From Eledone cirrhosa (lineage: Eukaryota), in NCBI GenBank assembly GCA_964016885.1, contig OZ024740.1:215202001-215266000 (forward strand): a stretch of 64,000 nt of DNA, written 5' to 3'. The notes below the pieces were generated by a model. That model worked only from the letters and a program-made list of their open reading frames with translations, was not told where the DNA came from and ran no database searches. Made by a program: the position numbers and the translations under genes. Below, one piece after another: positions 27,308 through 40,880 of this stretch. Each line of letters begins with the position of its first letter. Positions within the stretch are counted from its first letter, which is position 1.

Positions 27308-30300
27308 AGTCAGAAGAAGGTAGGCAGCCACCAGTCAGTAGACAGCCACCAGCCAGTAAACAGTCACCACTCAGTAGACAGTCACCAGTCAGTAGACAGT
27401 CACCAGCCAGTAGACAGCCACCAGCCAGTAGACAGTCACCAGTCAGTAGACAGTCACCAGTCAGTAGACAGTCACCAGTCAGTAGACAGTCACCAGTCAG
27501 TAGACAGTCACCAGTCAGTAGACAGTCACCAGTCAGTAGACAGTCACCAGTCAGTAGACAGTCACCACTCAGTAGACAGTCACCACTCAGTAGACAGTCA
27601 CCACTCAGTAGACAGTCACCACTCAGTAGACAGTCACCACTCAGTAGACAGTCACCACTCAGTAGACAGTCACCACTCAGTAGACAGTCACCAGTCAGTA
27701 GACAGTCACCAGTCAGTAGACAGCCACCAGCCAGTAAACAGCCACCAGTCAGTAGACAGTCACCAGTCAGTAGACAGTCACCACTCAGTAGACAGCCACC
27801 AGTCAGTAGACAGCCACCAGTCAGTCGACAGCCACCAGCCAGTAAACAGTCACCACTCAGTAGACAGTCACCAGTCAGTAGACAGTCACCAGTCAGTAGA
27901 CAGCCACCAGCCAGTAGACAGCCACCAGCCAGTAGACAGTCACCAGTCAGTAGACAGTCACCAGTCAGTAGACAGTCACCAGTCAGTAGACAGTCACCAG
28001 TCAGTAGACAGTCACCACTCAGTAGACAGTCACCACTCAGTAGACAGTCACCACTCAGTAGACAGTCACCACTCAGTAGACAGTCACCACTCAGTAGACA
28101 GTCACCAGTCAGTAGACAGTCACCAGTCAGTAGACAGTCACCAGTCAGTAGACAGTCACCAGTCAGTAGACAGTCACCAGTCAGTAGACAGCCACCAGCC
28201 AGTAAACAGCCACCAGTCAGTAGACAGTCACCAGTCAGTAGGCAGTCACCAGTCAATAGACAGCCAACAGTCAGTAGACAGCCACCAGTCAGTAGACAGC
28301 CACCAGCCAGTAAACAGTCACCAGTCAGTAGACAGTCACCAGTCAGTAGACAGTCACCAGTCAGTAGACAGCCAACAGCCAGTAGACAGTCACCAGTCAG
28401 TAAACAGTCACCAGTCAGTAGACAGCCACCAGTCAGTAGACAGCCACTAGCCAGTAGACAGCCACCAGCCAGTAGACAGCCAACAGTCAGTAAACAGTCA
28501 CCACTCAGTAGACAGCCACCAGTCAGTAGACAGTCACCAGTCAGTAGACAGCCAACAGTCAGTAGACAGCCACCAGTCAGTAGACAGCGACCAGTCAGTA
28601 GACAGTCACCAGTCAGTAAACAGTCACCAGTCAGTAGACAGCCACCAGTCAGTAGACAGTCACCAGTCAGTAGACAGCCACCAGTCAGTAGACAGTCACC
28701 AGTCAGTAGACAGCCACCAGTCAGTAGACAGTCACCAGTCAGTAGACAGCCACCAGTCAGTAGACAGTCACCAGTCAGTAAACAGCCAACAGTCAGTAGA
28801 CAGCCACCAGTCAGTAGACAGTCACCAGTCAGTAGACAGCCACCAGTCAGTAGACAGTCACCAGTCAGTAGACAGCCACCAGTCAGTAGACAGCCACCAG
28901 TCAGTAGACAGTCACCAGTCAGTAAACAGCCAACAGTCAGTAGACAGCCACCAGTCAGTAGACAGTCACCAGTCAGTAGACAGCCACCAGTCAGTAGACA
29001 GTCACCAGTCAGTAGACAGCCAACAGTCAGTAGACAGCCACCAGTCAGTAGACAGTCACCAGTCAGTAGACAGCCACCAGTCAGTAGACAGTCACCAGTC
29101 AGTAGACAGTCACCAGTCAGTAGACAGCCAACAGTCAGTAGACAGTCACCAGTCAGTAAACAGCCAACAGTCAGTAGACAGCCACCAGTCAGTAGACAGT
29201 CACCAGTCAGTAGACAGTCACCAGTCAGTAGACAGTCACCAGTCAGTAGACAGCCACCAGTCAGTAGACAGTCACCAGTCAGTAGACAGTCACCAGTCAG
29301 TAAACAGCCAACAGTCAGTAGACAGCCACCAGTCAGTAGACAGTCACCAGCCAGTAGACAGTCACCACTCAGTAGACAGTCACCAGTCAGTAGACAGTCA
29401 CCAGTCAGTAGACAGTCACCACTCAGTAGACAGTCACCACTCAGTAGACAGTCACCAGTCAGTAAACAGTCACCAGTCAGTAGACAGTCACCAGTCAGTA
29501 AACAGTCACCAGTCAGTAGACAGCCACCAGTCAGTAGACAGCCACTAGCCAGTAGACAGCCAACAGTCAGTAGACAGCCACCAGTCAGTAGACAGTCACC
29601 AGTCAGTAGACAGTCACCACTCAGTAAACAGTCACCACTCAGTAGACAGTCACCAGTCAGTAAACAGTCACCAGTCAGTAGACAGCCACCAGTCAGTAGA
29701 CAGCCACTAGCCAGTAGACAGCCAACAGTCAGTAGACAGTCACCAGTCAGTAGACAGTCACCAGTCAGTAGACAGTCACCAGCCAGTAGACAGTCACCAC
29801 TCAGTAAACAGTCACCACTCAGTAGACAGTCACCAGTCAGTAGACAGTCACCAGTCAGTAGACAGTCACCAGTCAGTAGACAGTCACCAGTCAGTAGACA
29901 GTCACCAGTCAGTAGACAGTCACCAGTCAGTAGACAGTCACCAGTCAGTAGACAGCCACCAGCCAGTAGACAGCCACCAGTCAGTAGACAGTCACCAGCC
30001 AGTAGACAGCCACCAGCCAGTAGACAGTCACCAGCCAGTAGACAGCCACCAGTCAGTAGACAGTCACCAGTCAGTAGACAGTCACCAGTCAGTAGACAGT
30101 CACCACTCAGTAGACAGCCACCAGTCAGTAGACAGTCACCAGCCAGTAGACAGCCACCAGCCAGTAGACAGTCACCAGTCAGTAGACAGTCACCAGCCAG
30201 TAGACAGCCACCAGCCAGTAGACAGTCACCAGTCAGTAGACAGTCACCAGCCAGTAGACAGTCACCAGTCAGTAGACAGTCACCACTCAGTAGACAGCCA

Positions 30301-32226
30301 CCAGTCAGTAGACAGTCACCAGTCAGTAAACAGCCACCAGCCAGTAGACAGTCACCAGTCAGTAGACAGTCACCAGTCAGTAGACAGTCACCAGTCAGTA
30401 GACAGTCACCAGTCAGTAAACAGTCACCAGTCAGTAGACAGCCACCAGTCAGTAGACAGCCACTAGCCAGTAGACAGCCAACAGTCAGTAGACAGTCACC
30501 AGTCAGTAGACAGTCACCAGTCAGTAGACAGTCACCAGCCAGTAGACAGTCACCACTCAGTAAACAGTCACCACTCAGTAGACAGTCACCAGTCAGTAGA
30601 CAGTCACCAGTCAGTAGACAGTCACCAGTCAGTAGACAGTCACCAGTCAGTAGACAGTCACCAGTCAGTAGACAGTCACCAGTCAGTAGACAGTCACCAG
30701 TCAGTAGACAGCCACCAGCCAGTAGACAGCCACCAGTCAGTAGACAGTCACCAGCCAGTAGACAGCCACCAGCCAGTAGACAGTCACCAGCCAGTAGACA
30801 GCCACCAGTCAGTAGACAGTCACCAGTCAGTAGACAGTCACCAGTCAGTAGACAGTCACCACTCAGTAGACAGCCACCAGTCAGTAGACAGCCACCAGTC
30901 AGTAGACAGTCACCAGCCAGTAGACAGCCACCAGCCAGTAGACAGTCACCACTCAGTAGACAGTCACCAGTCAGTAGACAGTCACCAGTCAGTAGACAGT
31001 CACCAGTCAGTAGACAGTCACCAGTCAGTAGACAGTCACCAGTCAGTAGACAGTCACCACTCAGTAGACAGCCACCAGTCAGTAGACAGTCACCAGTCAG
31101 TAAACAGCCACCAGCCAGTAGACAGTCACCAGTCAGTAGACAGTCACCAGTCAGTAGACAGCCACCAGTCAGTAGACAGTCACCAGTCAGTAGACAGTCA
31201 CCACTCAGTAGACAGTCACCACTCAGTAGACAGTCACCAGTCAGTAAACAGCCACCACTCAGTAGACAGTCACCACTCAGTAGACAGTCACCACTCAGTA
31301 GACAGTCACCACTCAGTAGACAGTCACCACTCAGTAGACAGTCACCACTCAGTAAACAGCCACCAGTCAGTAGACAGTCACCAGCCAGTAGACAGTCACC
31401 AGTCAGTAGACAGTCACCAGTCAGTAGACAGCCACCAGTCAGTAGACAGTCACCAGTCAGTAGACAGTCACCAGTCAGTAGACAGTCACCAGTCAGTAGA
31501 CAGTCACCAGTCAGTAGACAGTCACCAGTCAGTAGACAGCCAACAGTCAGTAGACAGCCAAGTCAGTAGACAGTCACCAGTCAGTAGACAGCCAACAGTC
31601 AGTAGACAGCCAACAGTCAGTAGACAGCCAACAGTCAGTAGACAACCACCAGTCAGTAGACAGTCACCACTCAGTAGACAGCCACCAGTCAGTAGACAGC
31701 CACCAGTCAGTAGACAGCCACCAGTCAGTAGACAGCCACCAGTCAGTAGACAGCCACCAGTCAGTAGACAGCCACCAGTCAGTAGACAGCCACCAGTCAG
31801 TAGACAGTCACCACTCAGTAGACAGTCACCACTCAGTAGACAGTCACCAGCCAGTAGACAGCGACCAGTCAGTAGACAGCGACCAGTCAGTAGACAGCGA
31901 CCAGTCAGTAGACAGTCACCAGTCAGTAGACAGTCAACAGTCAGTAGACAGCCACCAGCCAGTAAACAGCCACCAGTCAGTAGACAGTCACCAGTCAGTA
32001 GACAGCCAACAGTCAGTAGACAGCCACCAGTCAGTAGACAGTCACCACTCAGTAGACAGTCACCAGTCAGTAGACAGTCAACAGTCAGTAGACAGCCACC
32101 AGTCAGTAGACAGCCACCAGCCAGTAGACAGCCAACAGTCAGTAAACAGCCACCAGTCAGTAGACAGTCACCAGTCAGTAGACAGTCAACAGTCAGTAGA
32201 CAGTCATCAGTCAGTAGACAGTCATC
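27308..32226. repeat. 18-bp minisatellite CAGTCACCAGTCAGTAGA, about 270 copies (4.9 kb)
   Basis: Directly visible. Substitution variants recur at 4-5 fixed positions. Confidence 0.98.
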
Positions 32227-33147
32227 AAAATATAGAAGTAATAGTTTCTACCAAAGTTTACAATATAAATATTTAAAGCTTGCATATAAAAGACACTACC
32301 TCAATAAAATGCCTTATCTACAGTAATATAGCTGGGGAATATGTAACCAAAAATTCAATGGTAGAAGGGGTCAGCTTCTAACCAGGGTCAATATTTTGAC
32401 AATTTTCACCAACTTCAAATTCTACGTAAAATAAGGTTTGGATTTTTGCCTATTTCTCAGACATAAAATAGTGGGGTCGGCTTATCATCATCATTATCGT
32501 TTAGTGTCTATTTTCCACACTAGCATGGGTTAGGCGGATTGTCCCATTAGAGGCAAGTTGAGTTGGGTAGATTTCTATGGCTGGATGCCCTTCCTAACCC
32601 CAATCACATTTACAGTGTGTGCTGGGTGCTTTTTGTCATGACACCTTTACAACCACTTTACAGTGTGGATTGGGTGCTTTTTGTCATGACACCTATACAA
32701 CCACTTTACAGTGTGGACTAGGTGCTTTTTGTCATATCTACACGACCACTTTATAGTGAAGACTGGGTGCTTTTTGTTGTGACACCTACACTACCACTTA
32801 TATACAGTATTTAAAATAAAATCACAGCCACAAGTAGTTTATTGGTTGCCAATTTGATGCAGCCACATCTGAACAAATTTAAAAGATATTTACAAAATTA
32901 ACTTTACTCATTCAAAGACAGAAGATGAAGTATTTTCACTCAATGGTGTTTTGGTAGAATCGATTTTTAATCTTTCTTTTTCTCACTCTTAACACTCACA
33001 CATGAATAAATTTGCATACTTATGCATTTTACAAATTAACAGATAATTTGTTTATCTGTAATTTATTTTAAGATTTGATATTTTAAGAGTGATTCATTGA
33101 TATCTAGCAAAGACAACAAAATTGGATCCCCAATACATTTCCTAATC

Positions 33148-33428
33148 ATGATCATCGTCATTTTTATGTTCATTTTTTCAACACTTGCATTGGTTGGATG
33201 GGTCCTTTTCGGCACAGTATCTTACCACTCTCTGTCTTCCTTTGTCATCTCCTCTGTGAGTTTTAGTGATTTGAAGTTAGTTCTCACTACCTCTGCCCAG
33301 GTCTTCTTTGGTCTACCTCTACTGTGGTTTCCTTCCACTGGGATTTCCTGGTACTTCTTCACCCAACAATCATCATTCATGTGCATCACATGTTCATACC
33401 TACACAATCATCTCTTCTGCACACCACT
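33148..33428 (-). mobile_element. RTE LINE 3' fragment
   Basis: HVMHMNDDCWVKK..IPVEGNHSRGRPKKTWAEVV, with the tail toward 33150. Confidence 0.85.
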
Positions 33429-34910
33429 GTATGTATGTATGTATATTCTATACCTGCACACCACTGTATGTATGTATATTCTATAACTGCACACTTGTAT
33501 GTATGTATATTCTACAACTGCACACCACTGTATGTATGTATATTCTATACCTGCACACCACTGTATGTATGTATATTCTATACCTGCACACCACTGTATG
33601 TATGTATGTTCTACAACTGCACACCACTGTATGTATGTATATTCTACAACTGCACACCACTGTATGTATGTATATTCTACAACTGCACACCACTGTATGT
33701 ATGTATATTCTACAACTGCAAACCACTGTATGTATGTATGTATATTCTATACCTGCACACCACTCTATGTATGTATATTCTATAACTGCACACTGTTGTA
33801 TGTATGTATATTCTACAACTGCACACCACTGTTGTATATATGTATATTCTACAACTGCACACCACTGTTGTATATATGTATATTCTACAACTGCACACCA
33901 CTGTTGTATATATGTATATTCTACAACTGCACACCACTGTTGTATATATGTATATTCTATACCTGCATACCACTGTATGTATGTATATTCTACAACTGCA
34001 CACCACTGTATGTATGTATATTCTATAACTGCACACTGTTGTATGTATGTATATTCTACAACTGCACACCACTGTATGTATGTATATTCTATACCTGCAC
34101 ACCACTGTATGTATGTATATTCTATATCTGCACACCACTGTATGTATGTATATTCTACAACTACACACCACTGTATGTATATTCTATATCTGCACACCAC
34201 TGTATGTATGTATATTCTATAACTGCACACTGTTGTATGTATATATATTCTATAACTACACACCACTGTATGTATATTCTATAACTACACACCACTGTAT
34301 GTATATTCTATACCTGCACACCACTGTATGTATATTCTATACCTGCACACCACTGTATATATATTCTATAACTACACACCACTGTATGTATATTCTACAA
34401 CTACACACCACTGTATGTATGTATATTCTACAACTACACACCACTGTATGTATATTCTATACCTGCATACCACTGTATGTATGTATATTCTACAACTGCA
34501 CACCACTGTATGTATGTATATTCTATAACTGCACACTGTTGTATGTATGTATATTCTACAACTGCACACCACTGTATGTATGTATATTCTATATCTGCAC
34601 ACCACTGTATGTATGTATATTCTACAACTACACACCACTGTATGTATATTCTACAACTGCACACCACTGTATGTCTGTATATTCTATAACTGCACACTGT
34701 TGTATGTATGTATATTCTACAACTGCACACTGTTGTATGTATGTATATTCTACAACTGCACACCACTGTATGTATGTATATTCTATACCTGCACACCACT
34801 GTATGTATGTATATTCTATAACTGCACACCACTGTATGTATATTCTACAACTGCACACCACTGTATGTATATTCTACAACTGCACACTGTTGTATGTATG
34901 TATATTCTAT
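33417..34910. repeat. ~29-35-bp minisatellite CTGCACACCACTG(TATG)nTATATTCTACAA, about 45 copies
   Basis: Directly visible. Unit length varies with (TATG) number. Confidence 0.96.
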
Positions 34911-35167
34911 AAGTATTTATATCTACATAATTTCCAAGTCTTACTAGCTTAGCTGCAATAAACCAGTATTCTTATGAATTACATATTATTATCCTTAATG
35001 CTTCAGTCACCACTCTTACTGTCTATACTAATGTCTGTTATATCCATATTCAACATGTCAGCTCGTTTGACTTCATAATCTATTTTTTAATTCCTTTTCT
35101 CATATTCTGAAATCATGCATTATAGTAATTATAGATTACAAAGGTGGACTGAAAAGTGTGTGAAGGA

Positions 35168-35452
35168 GTGATGCTAGAGCTGTGAAATCTTACATGCATT
35201 AATTTCAACTCTTCTTATTAATAACTGAATTGTTTCTTTCCAAATACTATCTTGAAAAATAAACCTCATTTGGTCATTCCATGAGAGTATCTTGGGTCAG
35301 CCTATGAAGAAGTGGTGCTAGAGCTGTGAAATCTTGCATGCATTAATTTCAACTCTTCTTATTAATAACTGAATTGTCTCTTTCCAAGGACTATGTTGAA
35401 AGATAAAACCTCATTTAGTCATTCCATGAGAGTATCTTAGTCAGTCTATGAA
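35168..35452. repeat. ~144-bp direct tandem duplication
   Basis: GCTAGAGCTGTGAAATCTT...CATTCCATGAGAGTATCTT occurs twice. Confidence 0.88.
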
Positions 35453-36524
35453 CTTCTCAGCTGACCCATGTATATTGTTTTAATCCTGGTCATTCTTCAC
35501 CAAGATCAACTGAAAACAGTCTCATGACATTCAGTGCCAGACATTGGCACTAACCAGTAATGTATGGTGCAGACATGGTGCCACTGTATTTATGGTGATT
35601 GACAGTTTTTAAGCATTTAATTTACAATTTGTTACTTAGCCCCAGGTCAGGATCAAAAGCATTCAATCCATGGTCTCATTTTAAAGGTATAATTTATCAA
35701 GTCTACATTATTTTACATTTATAGATCACAGTCTGTCTTTTTTAAAACAAAGTATGGTTTGGGGGAAATTTAGCTGCTATTTTTAGCAAGTTGTGTTAAC
35801 ATATTAGGGTTCTATCTTTGGCTCATTCCAGAATTAACTTATGTTTTTCAATATTTTGCTATCACATCCTTACGGGGTCGATAAAATAAAGTACCAGTAA
35901 TGCACTGGAGTAATTGCTGGCCTTGTGCCAAAATAGAAACAATTATTACATAAGTAGCTGAGGTTAGCTTTGCCTGTCATCCTTACAGGGTCAATAAAAT
36001 AAGGCACCAGTAATGCACATGGGTCAATTTAATCAACTTTCCCCCCCTCCCCCAAATTGCTGGCCTTGTGCCTATAGTAGAAACCATTATTATATCAGTA
36101 GCCCATAAGCAAAGTTTTGACAGTATCGGTAGAGAGTCGGACGCCATGCTTTGACGCATAGAGTTACGGCCCTTGCTATTCTGAGTTCAGATCCTGCCGA
36201 GGTTAACTTTGCCTTTCATCCTTACGGGGTCAATAAAATAAAGTACCAGTAATGTACTGGTGATTTGCTGGCCTTGTGCCAAAAGTAGAAACAATTATTA
36301 TATAAGTAGCCCATAAGCAAAGTTTTATCTACAAGCCATCTATTAAAATCCTAACCTTCATATCAAGAGCTAATTTGTTCTTATTCTTTACATCAGATTA
36401 TCACTGTAGGAGAGATGAGGTTCTTTGGTTTATGTCTATTTAAGCCTTCTGTGATCATATTTCTTCAGAAATACATTGTATTTCAATTAATTAATGAAGA
36501 ACTTTGAATGATTTATTAAAATTA

Positions 36525-37004
36525 CTAGCAGAAAAACCACCCTTTGGGTGGTTTTCTGCTAGCATGTGTAGTGTGCATATTGATATTATATACAAGTATA
36601 TATACATGTAGATATGATACATCAAATAACATCGTAATTGACAATATACACAGAAATCGAATGAAGTCTGTTACACTGTCTTATGTAATCAGTAATGTAA
36701 TCCATGATACATTAAAAAAAAGACGATATTATATATAAACTGTATTAGAAGAAAATTAGCGATGGAAATTTATGAATGTTTATTTAAGCGATCATTAACC
36801 GGAAGTTGACATTTGAAAATTTTAAAGAAGTGAATCTTTAAATAAACAATAAAATATATTTAATCAACAGCTACGAAATTTGGTAGATAAATTATGTAAT
36901 ATTCATTCATTATTTATTCAAAGTAATCCAACTTATTTTACTAATGGGATAAAAAATTATAAACCGTATGCAGTCCCGCACTCCTTACTTTATTATAGTT
37001 TAGA
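36525..37004 (-). mobile_element. Non-autonomous Helitron with a palindromic 3' end
   Basis: Minus strand reads A|TCTAAACTATAATAAAG...CTAG|T. An empty-site paralog ATTTATTAAAATTGTTAATTATTTCATT lies at ~37091-37118. Confidence 0.78.
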
Positions 37005-37156
37005 TTAATTATTTCATTATTAACCCTTTCATGTTCACATTTCTAATGAAATATACTCTATTTCAATTAATTAATGAAAAATTTTGAGAGATTTATTAAA
37101 ATTGTTAATTATTTCATTACTAAGATAGTAACTTCATGTAAGGTTTTTATATAAAA

Positions 37157-38485
37157 CTAGCAGTTTAGCCCGGCGTTGCTCGGGTTTGTTCATTTGCTTT
37201 GAAAAGTTACATACAGGTAAACGTGGCTTGAAAGCGAATAAACTTATAAATTTAGTGCATAAAGCAGTTGAACCGGTTATTAAAAGTTACGAACCAATTA
37301 GAATTTTGGACAATCAATGATGGGTTAATAATCTTCCAATAGTGAATTTAGCAGACCAAAGTTGCAAGATGGTGGCCCTGATGCCGCTGGGTGTCATATC
37401 TGTCCGCCATGGGTGACCCTACCAGGAAATAGTTTTCCAGACGGCATAGCTCCAACACCTCCAACACCTGCACCAACATCTATAGCACCTCTTTGTAGAC
37501 GATATTGCATGTCATCCCTTGAGGAGTGTAAGCAAAAAGTCCATTCCTGCTCCCTATGCAGGAACAGGCAACATAAAGTTGGCTATGGGAGAAGCATGGC
37601 TCCCCCAAATGGATGCCTGCCACCGACAATGTTTGCCCTTGTGACTTGTTAATGGACATGGCAAAACATGGTCTCACCGGAAATCAAACGGGATATCTGT
37701 CGCTGAGGGGAAAAGGTTCATCCTTGGCAGTGTATCCGGCAGATTGCCAGAAGTACAACACTATGGGTGTTGTCATATTAATATTTAACCAATGAAAGTT
37801 GTAAAAAATAAATAATTTAAACATTCTGATTCATATGTCTATAGCATTAATCTGTTATATGAAGTGTTATTTTGCGGGTTGTTATTTGCAATAAGCCGAT
37901 TTAAAATACCCCAGAAAAGCCGGATGTCAATACGGAACTCCAATGACTCCCCCAGCAGTTAAATTATAGAGAGGGGGAATAATCTATTATAGAGAGAGGG
38001 AAGAGCGATGGAGAGAGTAAAGCTAAGAAACTATAGGGAGGTGTGTAAAACAGTGTGTCATAGAGAGAGTGAAGAGCAACAGAGAGAGTAAAGCAGTTAA
38101 ATTATAGGGAGGGGAAATAATCTATTATAGATAGAGGGAAGAGCGACGGAGAGAGCGTTATGACTGTTTGTTGTTGTATAAAATGATGTGTTGCTTAGTT
38201 TTCAAAGTTTATGTCGCGTTCCTGAACAAAGTTTTGTCACTGTTGGGTAGTAGAGAGAGTGAATAAGCGTGTAAGAGAGAGGGTTACAGCATGTATTTAG
38301 TTTTATCGATTTTTTTCATAGAAGCAGGAAATTTTTGACAAAGTTTATTACGCGTTGACCATCGTTGGTAAATTTGGAGTACATTGGAAAAAAAAATCAT
38401 CAAAATCAGTAGAGAAATGTGTGAAATGCATAAAAATCACACACACACACACAGACAGACATCTTCCGTTTTATATATATAGAGA
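37157..38485 (-). mobile_element. Internally deleted Helitron carrying a PIF1 helicase C-terminal remnant
   Basis: A|TCTCTATATATA...CCCGAGCAACGCCGGG...CTAG|T. The same-strand ORF at 37480-37677 reads RPCFAMSINKSQGQTL...FSHSQLYVACS...NIVYKEVL. Confidence 0.92.
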
Positions 38486-38554
38486 TTATGTTGGAATATT
38501 TTAATATAAACTGGAAACCTTTAAAATGGGTGACTTTATTTCACTATAGATCTT

Positions 38555-39380
38555 TCCTGCAATCAGACCTGGACACAATGCAGCAATGAATCAAGGACTG
38601 GCAACTCAAGCTATCTGTGGACAAGTGTACCACCATGCATTTTGGGAGGAAAAACCCAGCGTCCACATACTCCCTCCATAACACTAATATCAAGAAGTCT
38701 TCTTGTGAATTTGCGTTGGACGAAGCACATCTCTAAAATTGTCAGGAAAGCTGAGGGTGTCTTGGCATCACTCAGCAAGACCTTTGTCAGCTGCTCTCCA
38801 GCTATCTATTTAAAGCTGTATATAGCTATGGTGCTGCTACACTTAGAATTTACATCACCAGTCTGGAACCCCTATCTTGCTCAAAACATTGACTGCCTGG
38901 AAACTGTTCAGAGACGTGCAACCAAGCGAATACCCTCCATCAGGCATCTACCATACTCCGTAAGCCTTTGTTTCCTGAGCATGGATACATTGAAGCTCTG
39001 ACACCTGGCAACAGACTTGGTAAACACCCACAAAATTATTAACCATCTTGCCAACAACAACCCTGAGTACCTTTTTAATTCCATGTCAGAAATCAGCACA
39101 GCTCCCATGACTTTCAGAAACAGTTTTTCACGCTCAGAGTTACTGAAGCATGGAACAAACTACCTGTATCAGTTGTTAGCTGTTAGACACTGCATCCTTT
39201 AAAACCTCCATGCTTCCTGAAATTCGCCAACACTAAACCTGATTTCCACCTACCATACACATATGTATATCATGACTCATAAACTGTTAACCTTCCTAAC
39301 ATTTGTACATTATTCTATGTACTATACATGCACCTTTGATGAGTTGTGCACTGTACACAATAATTTCATTATTATTATTA
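38555..39380 (+). mobile_element. CR1-like LINE 3' fragment
   Basis: WIKDWQLKLSVDKC, HLEFTSPVWNPY and LETVQRRATK motifs, with an (ATT)n tail. Confidence 0.8.
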
Positions 39381-40154
39381 TAAAACAAGAGCCAGTTTTG
39401 GCTGGATTGGTAACAAAAGGGTTAAGAGGGTGTTTGTAATATAGCAAAACCTTAAATCAAATTATGTTGGAAGACATTAATTTAAAAGCCTGTTCCAAAG
39501 TCCATAGACAGTCAATAATTTACTGGGTGCTTGGAAAGAAATTCCCCAAGAAATGTTGCATGCTTCAATGAAAAATGTTCGATGGAGGTTAGAGGCTATT
39601 ATTGCTGCATGAAGAGGTCATGTTGAATAAACTCTATACATTATATCAAAGTTATTTATGTATGATTACATATATGTTACTGGTTAATAAAGTTAGTAGT
39701 TTGTTATTAAAAGCATTCTTATTTGCCTCCAAACTTATGCCTCACCCTGTGTATATGATGAGCTTCCTTACAGTTTCCATTTACCAAACTCACTCACAAG
39801 GTATTGGTCAGCCCAAAGCTATAATAGAAGACACTTGCTCAAGATGCTGCACTGTAAGGATCCTAAAATCACATGGTTGTGAAGTGGACTTCTTAACTAC
39901 ACAGCTGTGCCTTACAACTATCAAGTAATTATATCAAAACCTAAATTAAAAATTTAATTTCTGCACAAATAAATTAAAAGTGTGATATCAGTTTTTACAG
40001 CAGTTATTGAAATATTTGACTAATACCAAAGGTAGATTATTCTTCCTAAAGCTATGTAATCATGAAATGAAACTGGTATGTATTGTCAAGTAAACTAAGT
40101 AATACTTATATATCTTGTGAGTGAATTTGGTCAACAGAATCTGTGAGGAAGCCC

Positions 40155-40219
<65 letters not shown>

Positions 40220-40649
40220 AACGAAGGAGGTGTGGTAAGGAACCAGGTGGACCATAACGCACTAGAGTACTCAATACTTAGGGTAGTAGAGTGGGTAATA
40301 GGAAAATGTTTGACCCCGACAGCAGAGCTCAAGCTGTTTCGACGGTTATTTCTGAGTCCAGAAATAGCCATCAAAATGGCTTGAGCTCTGCCGTCAGGGT
40401 CAAACATTTTCATATATTTATATATATATATGGTGGCTGCCAACTCATTTTCGAGTACGGCCACTATTTTATATCCATGCAGGAGAACCCCTACCAATGC
40501 GCTGAACGAGTGTGGCTTTTTAGTCCAGCCACCGACTTGAAAACTCTGGTACAAACACTACTCTTGTGACAATTATTGACACCTAGTGCTGGGCCCATGG
40601 TACCATGTGACCCAAGGTGTCGTGTGAGATCACTACTCGACTTGCATAT

Positions 40650-40692
<43 letters not shown>

Positions 40693-40880
40693 TAATTCAC
40701 TTCATTTATTCATAATTATGAATAAATGAAGTAAATTCTAACCTGTTGACTTGAACTTCATGATTATATATATACTCTGGAGTCAACAAACCCACTTGTG
40801 TACTTCATAGAGTGCTCTACCCGGCATACAAAAGTGTCAATGATAAACTAACACATACTTTAATTATATATATATATATA

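Noticed and set aside
27306-28256. 316-aa (LLTGDC)n ORF as a gene
   Set aside because: No ATG and no supported splice sites. A six-codon unit is often stop-free by chance.
33308-34952. Overlapping Cys/Tyr/His-rich ORFs
   Set aside because: Minisatellite translations with constant frame shifts.
37480-37677. Host PIF1 helicase exon
   Set aside because: It lies inside a Helitron with matching termini and orientation, and has degenerate motifs.
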